Positions 48,467-57,863 of a DNA stretch of 64,000 nucleotides are shown piece after piece. The position numbers were made by a program, and so were the translations under genes. Positions within the stretch are counted from its first letter, which is position 1. Every line of letters begins with the position of its first letter. The stretch lies in NCBI RefSeq assembly GCF_003334815.1, contig NZ_QOWO01000022.1; one strand, 5' to 3'. The notes under the pieces were generated by a model, which had not been told where the DNA came from, made no database searches, and saw only the letters and a list, made by a program, of their open reading frames with translations. This DNA comes from Escherichia coli. Lineage in GTDB: Bacteria; Pseudomonadota; Gammaproteobacteria; Enterobacterales; Enterobacteriaceae.

Positions 48467-49636
48467 TCAGGAGGAGGATATGAAAATACTGTTCGCTTTT
48501 GTCATGAACTGGCTGTTTGTTAACGGACAAATCATGACCCGTTCATCAATGTTTGCGGGTAGCTCGCCTGGTGTGGGGACGCGTTCACCCCGCTGAGCAG
48601 CCTGGGCCAGTGCGCGCAGCAACAATACGCTGGCGTGAGATATTGCCAGTTCCCGGGTTTCAGCACGGCTTTCAAGGTCGAAATCGTGCAGTGTCACAAT
48701 GAACACTCCGTTTCTGTTTCTGACAGTTGCAGGGTAGGGAACAAAATAAGGGGAAATTTTGCTGGTCTGTTTACGCCTTGCATCGAGTTTACTGACCAGG
48801 TGATATGCCCGGAGATGTGTGTACCGTTTCAACATGTTCAGGGAGCGGTGACCGGAAATGGCTGCAATCTCCATAACGTTCAGTGTGCCGAGCTCGAACA
48901 AACGGCTGATGGCCTCATGGCGGAGATCGTGAAAATGCAGATTTTCTATTTTCAGATCCAGAAGAGTGGTACGCCAGGCGCTTTTGAAACCGGACGAGGT
49001 GTAACTGAACACATTGCCGTTTATCTGTTGTGGCAGAATTTGCAGGTAGTTACGTGCTTTCCGGGAGAGTGGGACATCGCGTGGTGAGCCATTTTTCGTT
49101 TCAGGAAGATGCGCCACGCCGTGCTGCAAATCGAGGTGTTCCCAGCGTAATGAGAGAATTTCTCCCTGGCGCATTGCTGTTTCCAGAGCCAGATGGAAGA
49201 TAACGTAGAGCTGCGGATTTTTGTCCCTGAAATAGCGGGAAAGGCGGCGTTCTTCACCAGAAGTCAGTCGGCGGTCGCGGCCATTACTGATTTTCGGTTT
49301 TCGGACCAGTTCAACAGGATTCATACGGCATGTTCCCCATTCCACACGGGCGATATTGAATAATGATGATAAAAGGGCAAGTTCAAGACGGACGGTATTT
49401 CCGGTGATTTGACGCCCTGTTCGTGGGTTAATTTGAGCTAAACGCTGATCCCGGTAACTGGCGATATCAATGGTAGTGATTTCATCCATATAGCGATCGG
49501 CCATAGGGTGACGTTTAATCACATTGACGCGATAAAACTCCTGCAGATGACCTTTTTTATGGACGGAAACAGTCTTCAGGTATTTGTCCAGTGCCCGGCT
49601 GAGGGACATTTTGCGAGTTTTGTTTTTTTGAAACAT
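48467..49636 (-). CDS. rci: Shufflon-specific tyrosine recombinase Rci
   Basis: Start [29 protein letters not shown] with a GGAAGG RBS; the longer track ORF would run into sfx site S1. Tyrosine-recombinase catalytic motifs ([17 protein letters not shown]). Adjacent to the sfx repeats. Confidence 0.85.
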   Translation of the reverse strand: MFQKNKTRKMSLSRALDKYLKTVSVHKKGHLQEFYRVNVIKRHPMADRYMDEITTIDIASYRDQRLAQINPRTGRQITGNTVRLELALLSSLFNIARVEWGTCRMNPVELVRKPKISNGRDRRLTSGEERRLSRYFRDKNPQLYVIFHLALETAMRQGEILSLRWEHLDLQHGVAHLPETKNGSPRDVPLSRKARNYLQILPQQINGNVFSYTSSGFKSAWRTTLLDLKIENLHFHDLRHEAISRLFELGTLNVMEIAAISGHRSLNMLKRYTHLRAYHLVSKLDARRKQTSKISPYFVPYPATVRNRNGVFIVTLHDFDLESRAETRELAISHASVLLLRALAQAAQRGERVPTPGELPANIDERVMICPLTNSQFMTKANSIFISSS

Positions 49637-49698
49637 ATCTGCCTTCCACGATAAAAACGGGGAAGGTAGGAGGCTGGATACAGAAATGCAATACTTTC

Positions 49699-49717
49699 GT
49701 GCCAATCCGGTGTCTGG
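49699..49717 (+). repeat. sfx recombination site S1 (gtgccaatccggtgtctgg)
   Basis: Exact 19-mer shared with S2; followed by an 81-codon open frame in the PilV fusion frame. Confidence 0.7.
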
Positions 49718-49985
49718 CGGTCAACTGAAATTAAATTCACAACGCAGACCTATAACATCGGAAAAAATATTCGTAATTTCAGACTTGGTGTCCATGCATA
49801 TTGTGCATGGACGTATCTTAATGGTTCTCCTTTCGGTGGTTTTCAGCAGGTTTATTCCGATAAAAATAATGTCTGGTATGTCAATAATTATGCGTGGGGT
49901 AATTATGAGTCAGGTGGAACGATATCTGTTACGTGTCTCAATATACCTGGGGCCGGTATTTAATTAAGCGTCAGGCAGTAGCCAG

Positions 49986-50004
49986 CGTGCCAATCCGGTG
50001 TCTG
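49986..50004 (+). repeat. sfx recombination site S2 (gtgccaatccggtgtctgg)
   Basis: Exact 19-mer; followed by a 79-codon open frame in the PilV fusion frame ending at TAA 50242-50244. Confidence 0.7.
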
Positions 50005-50250
50005 GAAGAATAATATCAGCGATGCACTGGTTTTTGATTATTCGGCCTGTTATGACGCAGAAGAAGACTCCAGAAAACCGGTTTATGCGAACTGGGGTAG
50101 TGGCTCAAACGGCTTTGCCGTCTGTGACGGCAAAGCAGGCTATGGTGCGGCAGGATTCAGAGCGTACAGAGGTAAACCGGGGTATTCGGGAAGCATGGTC
50201 TGGGTCAAAATACGTTGCTGTAAGTTAAAAGTTAATACGCCTTAAATGCA

Positions 50251-51615
50251 TCAGCTTGCTTTGACGATGTAGTTAAAGGCAATGTTTTTGGGGCGCATTT
50301 CCGTTGTGCTTCCCTGGGCCCAGTAAGGCATACCGCTGTGATGCCCTTTCAGCCATCCCCCACGCTCATGATAGACACCGGATTGATCGGCCTGATAACT
50401 CAGGAGATGTCTGTTCCGATCTCCATCCAGCCCACGTCCGTTGTCCCAGCCACGGATAAAAACACCGCGCAAATCCGGCAGCTTACACCCGGGATAAGCA
50501 CGGGCAAGCTGAGGATACCGGGAACATGAAAATGACTGCCCGTTCATCACCAGGTAGCCTTGTGGAGGGGTGGCTGATGGCCACGGTATAGGGCTTCCGA
50601 CAGGGTAGGATTCAAAACCTGCCCACATACCGGATTGGCACGAAAGTATGGCCCCTGTACTGGTGCGGCCTACAAGTCCGTCCGGTGAACACTTTGTGCC
50701 TGCCGTAGCTGTTTTATCAAGCTGTAAATACTCCCCGGTTGAAAGACGACCGTCAGACCGGACTGTACCACCACTGACTTTCCCCCCTTTGATTTCCCCG
50801 GTGGTTGTGATGCCTTTGCCATTAACCGCGCGTATCCACTGGCTGTCCGTCATGGTGAATCCACCACCATGTGTGATATTCATCCATCCCTTATTGTTTC
50901 TGGTGATTAGCCAGCCGTCTTCACTCGTAATATCACCTTTCAGTGTGGCACTCTGACCATTGATATTGCCGGTGTTGTTTATGTTATTCCCGCCCATATT
51001 TATTGCAGTATGCATCTGATTCAGTTCAGGACGACCTGCTACCTGAAAACGGTAGAGACGGTCACTTTCCTGCAGGTCATCACCGCTCATGACGACGGCG
51101 ATGTGACCTGTCGAACAGGTAAGTCCGTAGTCTCCCGGTTTATCTGTCCAGGCTCCGAATGCGCCTGTTGCCGTTCCGTTTTTGCTGATAAATCCACCCA
51201 GCCCCGGCAACTGACCCGCCACACTACGCAGCCCTTCTTCTTTGATTGTCTGCCCTCCAGTTGAGCAGGTCAGGGCTTCCAGACGCCCGGTGGTCTGGTT
51301 ACGGCGGATACCGGTGATATAACTCTGACCAAACGGAGAATGGTTAAACCCCTGTTTCAGATATCCCTGACGAATCAGATCATCAGCCGTGAAATTTGCC
51401 GGAAGGCTGCCGCTATGCAGACGGGCATTGTTGTCGGCAATATAGTTTCTGGCTGCGGTATTGTAGGCATCTGCATGATATGCAGCACTCTGGTAAAGCT
51501 GCTCATTCAGCCAGTTTTCAATTTCTGAATAAATCATTGGTGTGGCGATACCGATCACAATCAGTCCGGCCAGAATTTCAAACAGAACAAAACCTTTATC
51601 GTCGTCTTTTTGCAT
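50251..51615 (-). CDS. pilV: Thin-pilus minor pilin/adhesin PilV (current shufflon isoform)
   Basis: Start MQKDDDKGFVLFEILAGLIVIGIA is a type IV prepilin-like N-terminus; the track ORF begins further upstream inside pilU. C-terminal 130 aa lie within the invertible region. Confidence 0.8.
   Translation of the reverse strand: MQKDDDKGFVLFEILAGLIVIGIATPMIYSEIENWLNEQLYQSAAYHADAYNTAARNYIADNNARLHSGSLPANFTADDLIRQGYLKQGFNHSPFGQSYITGIRRNQTTGRLEALTCSTGGQTIKEEGLRSVAGQLPGLGGFISKNGTATGAFGAWTDKPGDYGLTCSTGHIAVVMSGDDLQESDRLYRFQVAGRPELNQMHTAINMGGNNINNTGNINGQSATLKGDITSEDGWLITRNNKGWMNITHGGGFTMTDSQWIRAVNGKGITTTGEIKGGKVSGGTVRSDGRLSTGEYLQLDKTATAGTKCSPDGLVGRTSTGAILSCQSGMWAGFESYPVGSPIPWPSATPPQGYLVMNGQSFSCSRYPQLARAYPGCKLPDLRGVFIRGWDNGRGLDGDRNRHLLSYQADQSGVYHERGGWLKGHHSGMPYWAQGSTTEMRPKNIAFNYIVKAS
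50371..50389 (-). repeat. sfx-like site S3 (degenerate; cgatcaatccggtgtctat on the pilV strand)
   Basis: 13-bp core caatccggtgtct conserved, flanks diverged; encodes DQSGVY inside the current PilV tail. Confidence 0.45.
50623..50641 (-). repeat. sfx site S4 at the end of the PilV constant region (gtgccaatccggtatgtgg on the pilV strand)
   Basis: Right arm gtgccaatccggt identical to S1/S2; encodes CQSGMW in the pilV frame. Confidence 0.65.
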
Positions 51616-51619
51616 GGTG

Positions 51620-52255
51620 TTACCCTCCGGTGTGAAAAATGGCACCAGGAAAAAAAGTGAAAATGTACAGTGATGCACAGATAAACGGACCAAATGGGAT
51701 AGCGGCCCCTGTATTACTGCGCGGGAACAGCGACATACAGACCATGGTGCCGGTGGCGGCAATACCGATGATCCACGGAGTGCTGTTGGCAGATGACCAC
51801 ATGGCCACACCTGCAATCAGAAACACGTCCCCCAGTCCCAGCGTCTCCACTCCCTTGCGGTATGAGGTGTAGCGCCTCAGGAGATATAACAGGAGAAACC
51901 AGAACAGAGCACAGGCAAGCGCAATAGCAGCATCGCCCTGCCATAAACGAAACGCCACACCCAGCATCAGGAATGTGAGGGTGAAGGGACGGGGAAGACG
52001 GCAGGAGGTTGCGTCAGTTAGTGTCATCAGTGTCATGCAGCCTGCCATCAGCAACAGAAAGCAAAGTCCGGTAATGTCTGTCCCCCGGATGATGTGCGTA
52101 ATGGTGGCGGTGAGTGCCAGAACAACACAGAGCAGGGAGAGGTGACGTGGAAGCCGGAGGGTATGCACCTGCATGAGATAATGTCCGGCCACTCTGATGG
52201 CAAGTAACTGTATGGTCAGCGTAGCGGAGATCACGAGTAAGATGATGAGGAACAT
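51620..52255 (-). CDS. pilU: Prepilin peptidase PilU
   Basis: 211-aa polytopic membrane protein; position between pilT and pilV. Confidence 0.7.
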   Translation of the reverse strand: MFLIILLVISATLTIQLLAIRVAGHYLMQVHTLRLPRHLSLLCVVLALTATITHIIRGTDITGLCFLLLMAGCMTLMTLTDATSCRLPRPFTLTFLMLGVAFRLWQGDAAIALACALFWFLLLYLLRRYTSYRKGVETLGLGDVFLIAGVAMWSSANSTPWIIGIAATGTMVCMSLFPRSNTGAAIPFGPFICASLYIFTFFPGAIFHTGG

Positions 52256-52273
52256 GGCTCGTATTCTCCGTTA

Positions 52274-52747
52274 TTAACGTCCCTGCATATATGCGGCATA
52301 AATCAGCCGGGCATATTTCATTCTGCGGTGAGTGTTATTTTTATTAAATCCGGCGTTGTAGCTACCGAGACACTCCCAGTTCACACCACACTGCTGAAAA
52401 TGCCGGGCAAGGATCCATGCACCTGTCTGTATATTCAGGCAAACATTACTGAGCAGTTCATTTTCACTTCGGATAATTCCCATTCTTTTCAGTCCGGGAA
52501 TATGTGTGGAATTAATCTGCATCAGGCCATAATCTGTGCTGATAATTTTTCCGCTGGCATTTCTGTTATGATTGATGGCCCGGGGATTCAGGCTGCTTTC
52601 TTTACGGGCAATTACTTTCAGTAGTCCGGGATCGATGGAGTAACGTTTTCCTGCCTGAATAAAGCAGCTATCCAGTGTGTTACTGTTTACGGCGGCAGTC
52701 GCCGGGAGACAGAATAAGAAAAGAGATGAGAGATAAAACCATTTCAT
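52274..52747 (-). CDS. pilT: Lytic transglycosylase PilT
   Basis: Start at MKWFYLSSLFLFCLPATAA (signal peptide). Transglycosylase SLT-like motifs (ARKESSLNPRAINHN, GLMQINSTH, YNAG). Confidence 0.7.
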   Translation of the reverse strand: MKWFYLSSLFLFCLPATAAVNSNTLDSCFIQAGKRYSIDPGLLKVIARKESSLNPRAINHNRNASGKIISTDYGLMQINSTHIPGLKRMGIIRSENELLSNVCLNIQTGAWILARHFQQCGVNWECLGSYNAGFNKNNTHRRMKYARLIYAAYMQGR

Positions 52748-52800
52748 GATTATGTGCTCCGGGAAACAGCACCCCGGAGGGAGTGCTGTGTGGCAGGGCA

Positions 52801-53337
52801 TTAGCTGTTGGTTTCCAGCTTGATATTGTTTTTATCGCTACTGCAGACGGTAACGGGATCCACCGTGTTCGGGGCTGTGTTCATAATTTTGGTAAATATG
52901 GACGAACTGCGCAGGCTGTTAATCAGCTCAACACAGTTTGTTTTAGGAACATTATTACTGGTGATAATGTAGCCATATTTGTCTGCTGTGGCAGCAATCG
53001 TGACATCACCACCCCATGCGTTTTTGGCTTTGTTGCCTCCTGCAATCATATCAGCAGGCAATGCACCGCTTTCCGTCAGGGTTTTGATATAATCCGTTCC
53101 GGTATATCTTCCCTGGAACTTGTATTGCTTCATTTTGGTTGCAATTGTCTGCAGGTTTTTCAGTTCGCGCTGGTTGTCACTGGAGGCCATTGTGCTGGAC
53201 ATCTGGCTCATCGCGAGCGCGACAACTATTGCGATGATAATCATTGCGCCGGCAATTTCTAATAATGTTAAACCTTTATCATCTTCTTTATCTTTTTTTA
53301 AAGAAAAATAAGAAGACAGACGTGCTCTGAAGTTCAT
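52801..53337 (-). CDS. pilS: Type IVb prepilin PilS (major thin-pilus subunit)
   Basis: Leader plus GLTLLEIAGAMIIIAIVVALA prepilin N-terminus; 178 aa. Confidence 0.8.
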   Translation of the reverse strand: MNFRARLSSYFSLKKDKEDDKGLTLLEIAGAMIIIAIVVALAMSQMSSTMASSDNQRELKNLQTIATKMKQYKFQGRYTGTDYIKTLTESGALPADMIAGGNKAKNAWGGDVTIAATADKYGYIITSNNVPKTNCVELINSLRSSSIFTKIMNTAPNTVDPVTVCSSDKNNIKLETNS

Positions 53338-53410
53338 ATATGACTCCTGTATTAATGGTTATTACGTTAATGAAAGTATATTGAAGGGCGTTTTAGTGTG
53401 ACGGCAGGTA

Positions 53411-54511
53411 TTATTGCTTGAGCATATCGCTGATACTGTATATCGCGCTAATCATGTTAAGAATAAAAAAGAATACAAAACCTCCTGAAATACCGGTGAT
53501 AATTAATCCACTTTTTCTGACGCTATTTTTTGCATCTTCCAGCCACTGTCCGGCATAGGTATTCATTGCAGATACGCTGTCTTCCCTTTCAGAATTTAAG
53601 AGAAGTTTATTGATGCATATTTTTGAAGGAAAATCATAGTCAGAATTGCGCATGGCGGTGGCCAGATTCTGACCGGATAATACATTTTTTCTTATTGCCT
53701 GAATTCTCTCCTTTAACCATTTATTATGCTCTGCACTTTTTTCAATTCTGAGCAGCGCCTGTGAAAGCGGAATATTTATCTGCAGCATTGACGATATGCT
53801 GAACAGATAATTCACACCATGAAAAGTCTGATAGAGCGACCATGGTGGCAGTTTGTCAAGAAGCCTGCGTCCCGGGCCGGTATAGCGACTGAGTGAGAAG
53901 CGGATGATGATGACAAGCGTGATGATGGCACCACTGATCCACAGACCATAGCCGATGACAAGCTCTGACATGGCTGCAAGGACTTTCATCTGGAATGACC
54001 ATTTCTCCTCCGGTGCAAAAGCGCTGACAATGGGGATGAGGCGGGTATGTGCGTTGTACATATTCTCCACACAGAGTGAAAGCAGCAGAAGGGGATAAAG
54101 ACAGAGTGTGATGAGACTGCTCACCATTTCCCGCCGTGCTTTCATGGTTTTTGCGACCTGGAACAGGGCTTCGGCGATGTTCCCGCGTTCTTCACCGTTC
54201 CTGATCAGTGCCGCTTCTTCCGGGGGAACCCATGTGGGCAGGGCCCCCGACAGCATACCGCTGGCTTTCAGGGAGGCAATACATTCTCTGGCCAGAAAGT
54301 ACATGCCGGATGTTCCTTTTCGGGTGCCAAAGTCAGTTTCGACATTACAGATAAACTCCAGGGCGCGCAGTGACGGCGTTCCGTCACGTATCATTCCGCC
54401 GAGGGACTCATAGAACTCGGCACGCTTAAGACCGAAGGTTTTTCTGGCTGTCCAGCTGTTCAGGGCAGACAGATCCAGTTCAGTACTGTTGAGTTTTTCC
54501 AGAAATTTCAT
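53411..54511 (-). CDS. pilR: Pilus-assembly inner-membrane platform protein PilR (GspF/PilC-like)
   Basis: Start at MKFLEKLNSTELDL, 1 nt after the pilQ stop; polytopic, about 366 aa. Confidence 0.7.
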   Translation of the reverse strand: MKFLEKLNSTELDLSALNSWTARKTFGLKRAEFYESLGGMIRDGTPSLRALEFICNVETDFGTRKGTSGMYFLARECIASLKASGMLSGALPTWVPPEEAALIRNGEERGNIAEALFQVAKTMKARREMVSSLITLCLYPLLLLSLCVENMYNAHTRLIPIVSAFAPEEKWSFQMKVLAAMSELVIGYGLWISGAIITLVIIIRFSLSRYTGPGRRLLDKLPPWSLYQTFHGVNYLFSISSMLQINIPLSQALLRIEKSAEHNKWLKERIQAIRKNVLSGQNLATAMRNSDYDFPSKICINKLLLNSEREDSVSAMNTYAGQWLEDAKNSVRKSGLIITGISGGFVFFFILNMISAIYSISDMLKQ

Positions 54512-54512
54512 A

Positions 54513-56021
54513 TCAGCGCAGCAGCGTATAGCTGTCCTCATCAATGGGAGAGATGTAATGGGCCGCCAGAGGGTCAACCAGTCCGCTGTTGATTTTTCCC
54601 AGCAGATGCTGATTACGCGTCATTCCGCCCAGTTCCCTGTGCCAGTAGGTTTTGGCTTCGATACGGCCTTTTTCCCGGTATAACTGAAAAAATCTGGCGT
54701 CAGGAGAGATGACTTCTGCAATCACTGTACGCCCTGTGACACCACGCCAGCAGTGTGGACAGCCTTCATGGTTTCTCAGATATACCGCATCAGCATTACA
54801 GAAGGTTTCCACCAGATGTCGCTCATCCTTTGTACGACTGGATGCTACGTCATTCCATGGATGACGACAGTGGGGACATATCAGCTGAACCAGACGCTGA
54901 CTGAGCAGTCCGATGAACAACTGCGGGTCTGCAATCATCCTGGCCTGAACACCCTCCATCTCAAGGCGTTCGAGGATGTTAATCGGGTCGTTCGCATGGA
55001 TGGTGGTCAGCATCAGATGCCCGGTCATGGCGGCTTTTATTGCCGTAATGGCGGAATCGTGATCGCGGATTTCACCGTTCAGGATGCTGTCAGGATCAAG
55101 ACGCAGTGCTGACTTGATGGAGTCCACCCAGCCCCGGGTGGTATCCATAACGGCTGTCTGAATTGCTCCGGGGATACGGCCTTCCGGCGGGGATTCAATC
55201 GTGAACAACCTGCGCCGTGGCAGAAGAATACCGCCGGTGTTGTTGAAGCCGTATTGTTCAAGGTATGCCGCAGAGGCGGTTCTCAGCGTGGTGGATTTTC
55301 CCGAGCCGGTGGGGCCAGAGAGGGTGATAATGCCTTCAGGGCGTTGCAGGATACGGCGCAGGGTGCACTCCTGATCCGGGTGATAACCCAGCATACTGAA
55401 GGTCGGGATTTGCTGGCTGTCATCCTTGATCAGACGGAGAACAGCATAGAGGCCTCCCACGCAGGGGTAGTGGGAGTAGCGTGCGCCAAACAGGCCAGCC
55501 AGTTTCAGGTACTGTTCAGAGAGACGTGCGTCCTGTGGAACCCCGGGATCAAATTGTGTGCCCTTGATGACATCCGTCATGCCGGAATAGGTAGCCCCCA
55601 GTAATTCCAGACCTTCTTCTTTCCGGAGGATATCGAGCACTTCCAGTTCGCCATGAACCCGGGCTTCCACATAGGTGAAGTCTGTGTTGTCCCGCCCTGG
55701 CGTCATATGAAGGTCGGAGGCACCAAGGGAGGCAGAATGGCGGATATAGCCGAGCATTTTCTGCTGTATCGGGTTAATAGCGTTTTCATCGCCTGTCGTT
55801 GTGGCGTCCTGTCTGAGGCGGGCTATCACATCCAGCGTGGTGAACTCAAAGTCTCCCACACGCCCCTGATAGCGTGCGCGAAGGCGGGTCAGATATTCCT
55901 GGACGGCACGCAGATGTTTTTTTCCCTCAACAACCCTGATCCGCAGTTGTCCGGCGTTATCGGTGTCGATGGCCACATAATCCAGAATGTCATCCGGCGG
56001 CAGGTCTGCTGGATCCAGCAT
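54513..56021 (-). CDS. pilQ: Pilus-assembly ATPase PilQ (GspE/PilB-like)
   Basis: 502 aa with Walker A LSGPTGSGKSTTL and a C-terminal tetracysteine motif CPHCRH...CPHCW. Confidence 0.85.
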   Translation of the reverse strand: MLDPADLPPDDILDYVAIDTDNAGQLRIRVVEGKKHLRAVQEYLTRLRARYQGRVGDFEFTTLDVIARLRQDATTTGDENAINPIQQKMLGYIRHSASLGASDLHMTPGRDNTDFTYVEARVHGELEVLDILRKEEGLELLGATYSGMTDVIKGTQFDPGVPQDARLSEQYLKLAGLFGARYSHYPCVGGLYAVLRLIKDDSQQIPTFSMLGYHPDQECTLRRILQRPEGIITLSGPTGSGKSTTLRTASAAYLEQYGFNNTGGILLPRRRLFTIESPPEGRIPGAIQTAVMDTTRGWVDSIKSALRLDPDSILNGEIRDHDSAITAIKAAMTGHLMLTTIHANDPINILERLEMEGVQARMIADPQLFIGLLSQRLVQLICPHCRHPWNDVASSRTKDERHLVETFCNADAVYLRNHEGCPHCWRGVTGRTVIAEVISPDARFFQLYREKGRIEAKTYWHRELGGMTRNQHLLGKINSGLVDPLAAHYISPIDEDSYTLLR

Positions 56022-56105
56022 AAAGCCTCCTTACGGGCAGCGGTGCCCGGAAAATATGTCTTTCATCCTTTTATTTTTGACAGCCGCCAGTTACGGCGGC
56101 CGGTC

Positions 56106-56558
56106 TCATGGTCGCAGGGTTTTTCTGGTGCCAGACTGTTCCAGCACCACACTGTCCGGCGTGATTTTTTCCACGTGATAAGTGGTTCCGGGGATGTTCT
56201 GGCCCGCCTTCACATCGGAGATGCTTCCCCCCGGAAGTTCTATCCGGGCAGTCAGCTGAGGATGAACACCGAATATTGCTGTCAGGCGGGGGGATGGTAA
56301 TGCCTGTACATTTGTTGTAACTGCGGAAATGCTTTCCTGCTGACGTCCGGCCTCTGCGGGAACGCCCTGCTCAAGTGTTCGCAGTTCATGGCGGATCTTC
56401 TCTCTCGCCAGCATAGCTTCATACAGGGCTGTCTCTTCCTGTATCTGTTCAATCCTTATTTGCTGTGTGTTCTGTTGCTCTGCATTTCCGGTTGTGGCCA
56501 TTGCCGTGGCCGGTAACAGCAGGACTGAAAACAGAAGGGTTTTGGCTTTATCGGGCAT
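56106..56558 (-). CDS. pilP: Pilus-assembly protein PilP
   Basis: 150 aa with a signal peptide; 11-nt overlap with pilO. Confidence 0.55.
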   Translation of the reverse strand: MPDKAKTLLFSVLLLPATAMATTGNAEQQNTQQIRIEQIQEETALYEAMLAREKIRHELRTLEQGVPAEAGRQQESISAVTTNVQALPSPRLTAIFGVHPQLTARIELPGGSISDVKAGQNIPGTTYHVEKITPDSVVLEQSGTRKTLRP

Positions 56559-57843
56559 AATATTTACCTGTAAATTGATAGTGGAAACGACCGTTCTCCA
56601 GTTGCCGTGTGACAGAGATAAAACGGACAGAAGGCTCTTTCAGGCGTTCAGCCAGATGGTGTGCAGGGAGTGTGGTCTGCATCTGAAGGTCATACTCTTT
56701 CCATGGGGGCTGAATGATCTGTCCGTTCTCATCAGTGAGGCTGTTATTAACTTCCTGCCAGTCCAGTTTCAGTTGCATTGACTGAGCCAGCGAGGTCAGT
56801 CGTTCCTGCAGGACAGCGGTTTCCGGTAGTGCATCAACTGTGACGGCGTTTTCAGACAGCCGGAAGGTGACCGGCAGGCCAATGCCGCCGGTCTTTCCTT
56901 CCGGCATCACAATAAACGGTCGGCTGTCTGTCATATCACTGATGCGCCGGATGAAGTCAGTCACTGTCGCGCCCGCAGTATTGGTGTACGATGCGCGAAG
57001 ATTGCCGCTGCCACCGTCAGTCGAGCATTCTGCCAGCGAATAACGCCATCCGGCAGCAGACAGTGGCAGTGAAGTCCATATATCAGCACATCCCCGGATG
57101 AACGCGTCTGTTTCAGGGAGTCCGGGCCAGGGGGGAGTGATTCGTTCCTCTGTGGCCTGTCGGGCAACCGCTGCCTGCGCGGCTTTTTCTGTCTGCCAGC
57201 GTTCATAATACTGCCAGCCGTACCATGCAGTGCCGAGAAGGGCGATGATCAGAGAGACAGTGATGAACTGCGGTCCCCGGGATACCGGATTCAGGCGTGC
57301 GGCAGCCGGATGTTTACCAGAGCCAGTCAGGGAGGCCAGCGGCAGGTGCTGATTCTGATCGCCTGCTGAAAATGCCGCCGGTGCATAGTGTATCCAGCCC
57401 TGAGTTGGTTCGGTGTTGATGGAAAGAAAGGTATCCCGGGCTTCCCGAACCTCTTCCCCGCTTCCCACCAGGTCACTGACGAGAACACCGTCGACAACGG
57501 AAACAAAGCTATAGCGCGGTGTTTCTCCGGGTAACGTCAGTTCCGTGATGGCATAGCCGCCATGTTCAAGCAGTGGCAGGATCAGCAGGGCGAGGGAGAA
57601 GCACTGACGGGGTTTTCCGGGCAGTATGCGGCGACTGACAGTGGCTACCATGGTGTGGGTATCGGCATCTTCATTACTGAGATACTGACAGGCCAGGAAA
57701 AGGTCGGCTTTCTGTGCCCGGGCAAAGTCGCGGGCATGCCGGTACTGTGAGGGCAGTGTTTTCCATTCCAGACCGGCCAGAAACACATTGCGCCCTGCCG
57801 TCAGCGGAAACACCTGCCGCCCTGTCGGTGAAATATCCGTCAC
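56548..57843 (-). CDS. pilO: Pilus-assembly protein PilO
   Basis: 431 aa with one transmembrane segment; between pilN and pilP. Confidence 0.55.
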   Translation of the reverse strand: MTDISPTGRQVFPLTAGRNVFLAGLEWKTLPSQYRHARDFARAQKADLFLACQYLSNEDADTHTMVATVSRRILPGKPRQCFSLALLILPLLEHGGYAITELTLPGETPRYSFVSVVDGVLVSDLVGSGEEVREARDTFLSINTEPTQGWIHYAPAAFSAGDQNQHLPLASLTGSGKHPAAARLNPVSRGPQFITVSLIIALLGTAWYGWQYYERWQTEKAAQAAVARQATEERITPPWPGLPETDAFIRGCADIWTSLPLSAAGWRYSLAECSTDGGSGNLRASYTNTAGATVTDFIRRISDMTDSRPFIVMPEGKTGGIGLPVTFRLSENAVTVDALPETAVLQERLTSLAQSMQLKLDWQEVNNSLTDENGQIIQPPWKEYDLQMQTTLPAHHLAERLKEPSVRFISVTRQLENGRFHYQFTGKYYAR

Positions 57844-57863
57844 GATCGTCCTCCTTGTGCAAA

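Larger units (their letters stand above)
49699..50641. other. PilV shufflon (multiple-inversion region): four sfx sites and two silent alternative PilV C-terminal tails
   Basis: sfx 19-mers at 49699-49717 and 49986-50004 (plus orientation), and at 50371-50389 and 50623-50641 (minus orientation, inside pilV). All four share the reading frame C/D-Q-S-G-x-W/Y. Open plus-strand tails 49718-49960 and 50005-50241 are in the fusion frame and end at TAA. Confidence 0.75.

Noticed and set aside
48467-49636. Rci as an integrase marking an integrated element
   Set aside because: It is adjacent to sfx repeats and pilV, consistent with a shufflon-specific recombinase rather than an element integrase; no att sites or tRNA were found.
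48467-49705. Longest rci ORF starting at 49705
   Set aside because: The N-terminal extension overlaps sfx site S1 and has no RBS; the start at 49636 has a GGAAGG RBS and gives a typical recombinase N-terminus.
49686-50228. ORF-track ORFs 49686-49967 (+) and 49998-50228 (+) inside the shufflon
   Set aside because: They are in a different frame from the one that continues PilV through the sfx sites. The PilV-fusion frame is open for 81 and 79 codons and explains the sequence better, so the track ORFs are treated as frame artefacts.
50251-51816. Longest pilV ORF starting at 51816
   Set aside because: The first 67 codons lie inside pilU; the prepilin-like N-terminus MQKDDDKGFVLFEILAG begins at 51615.
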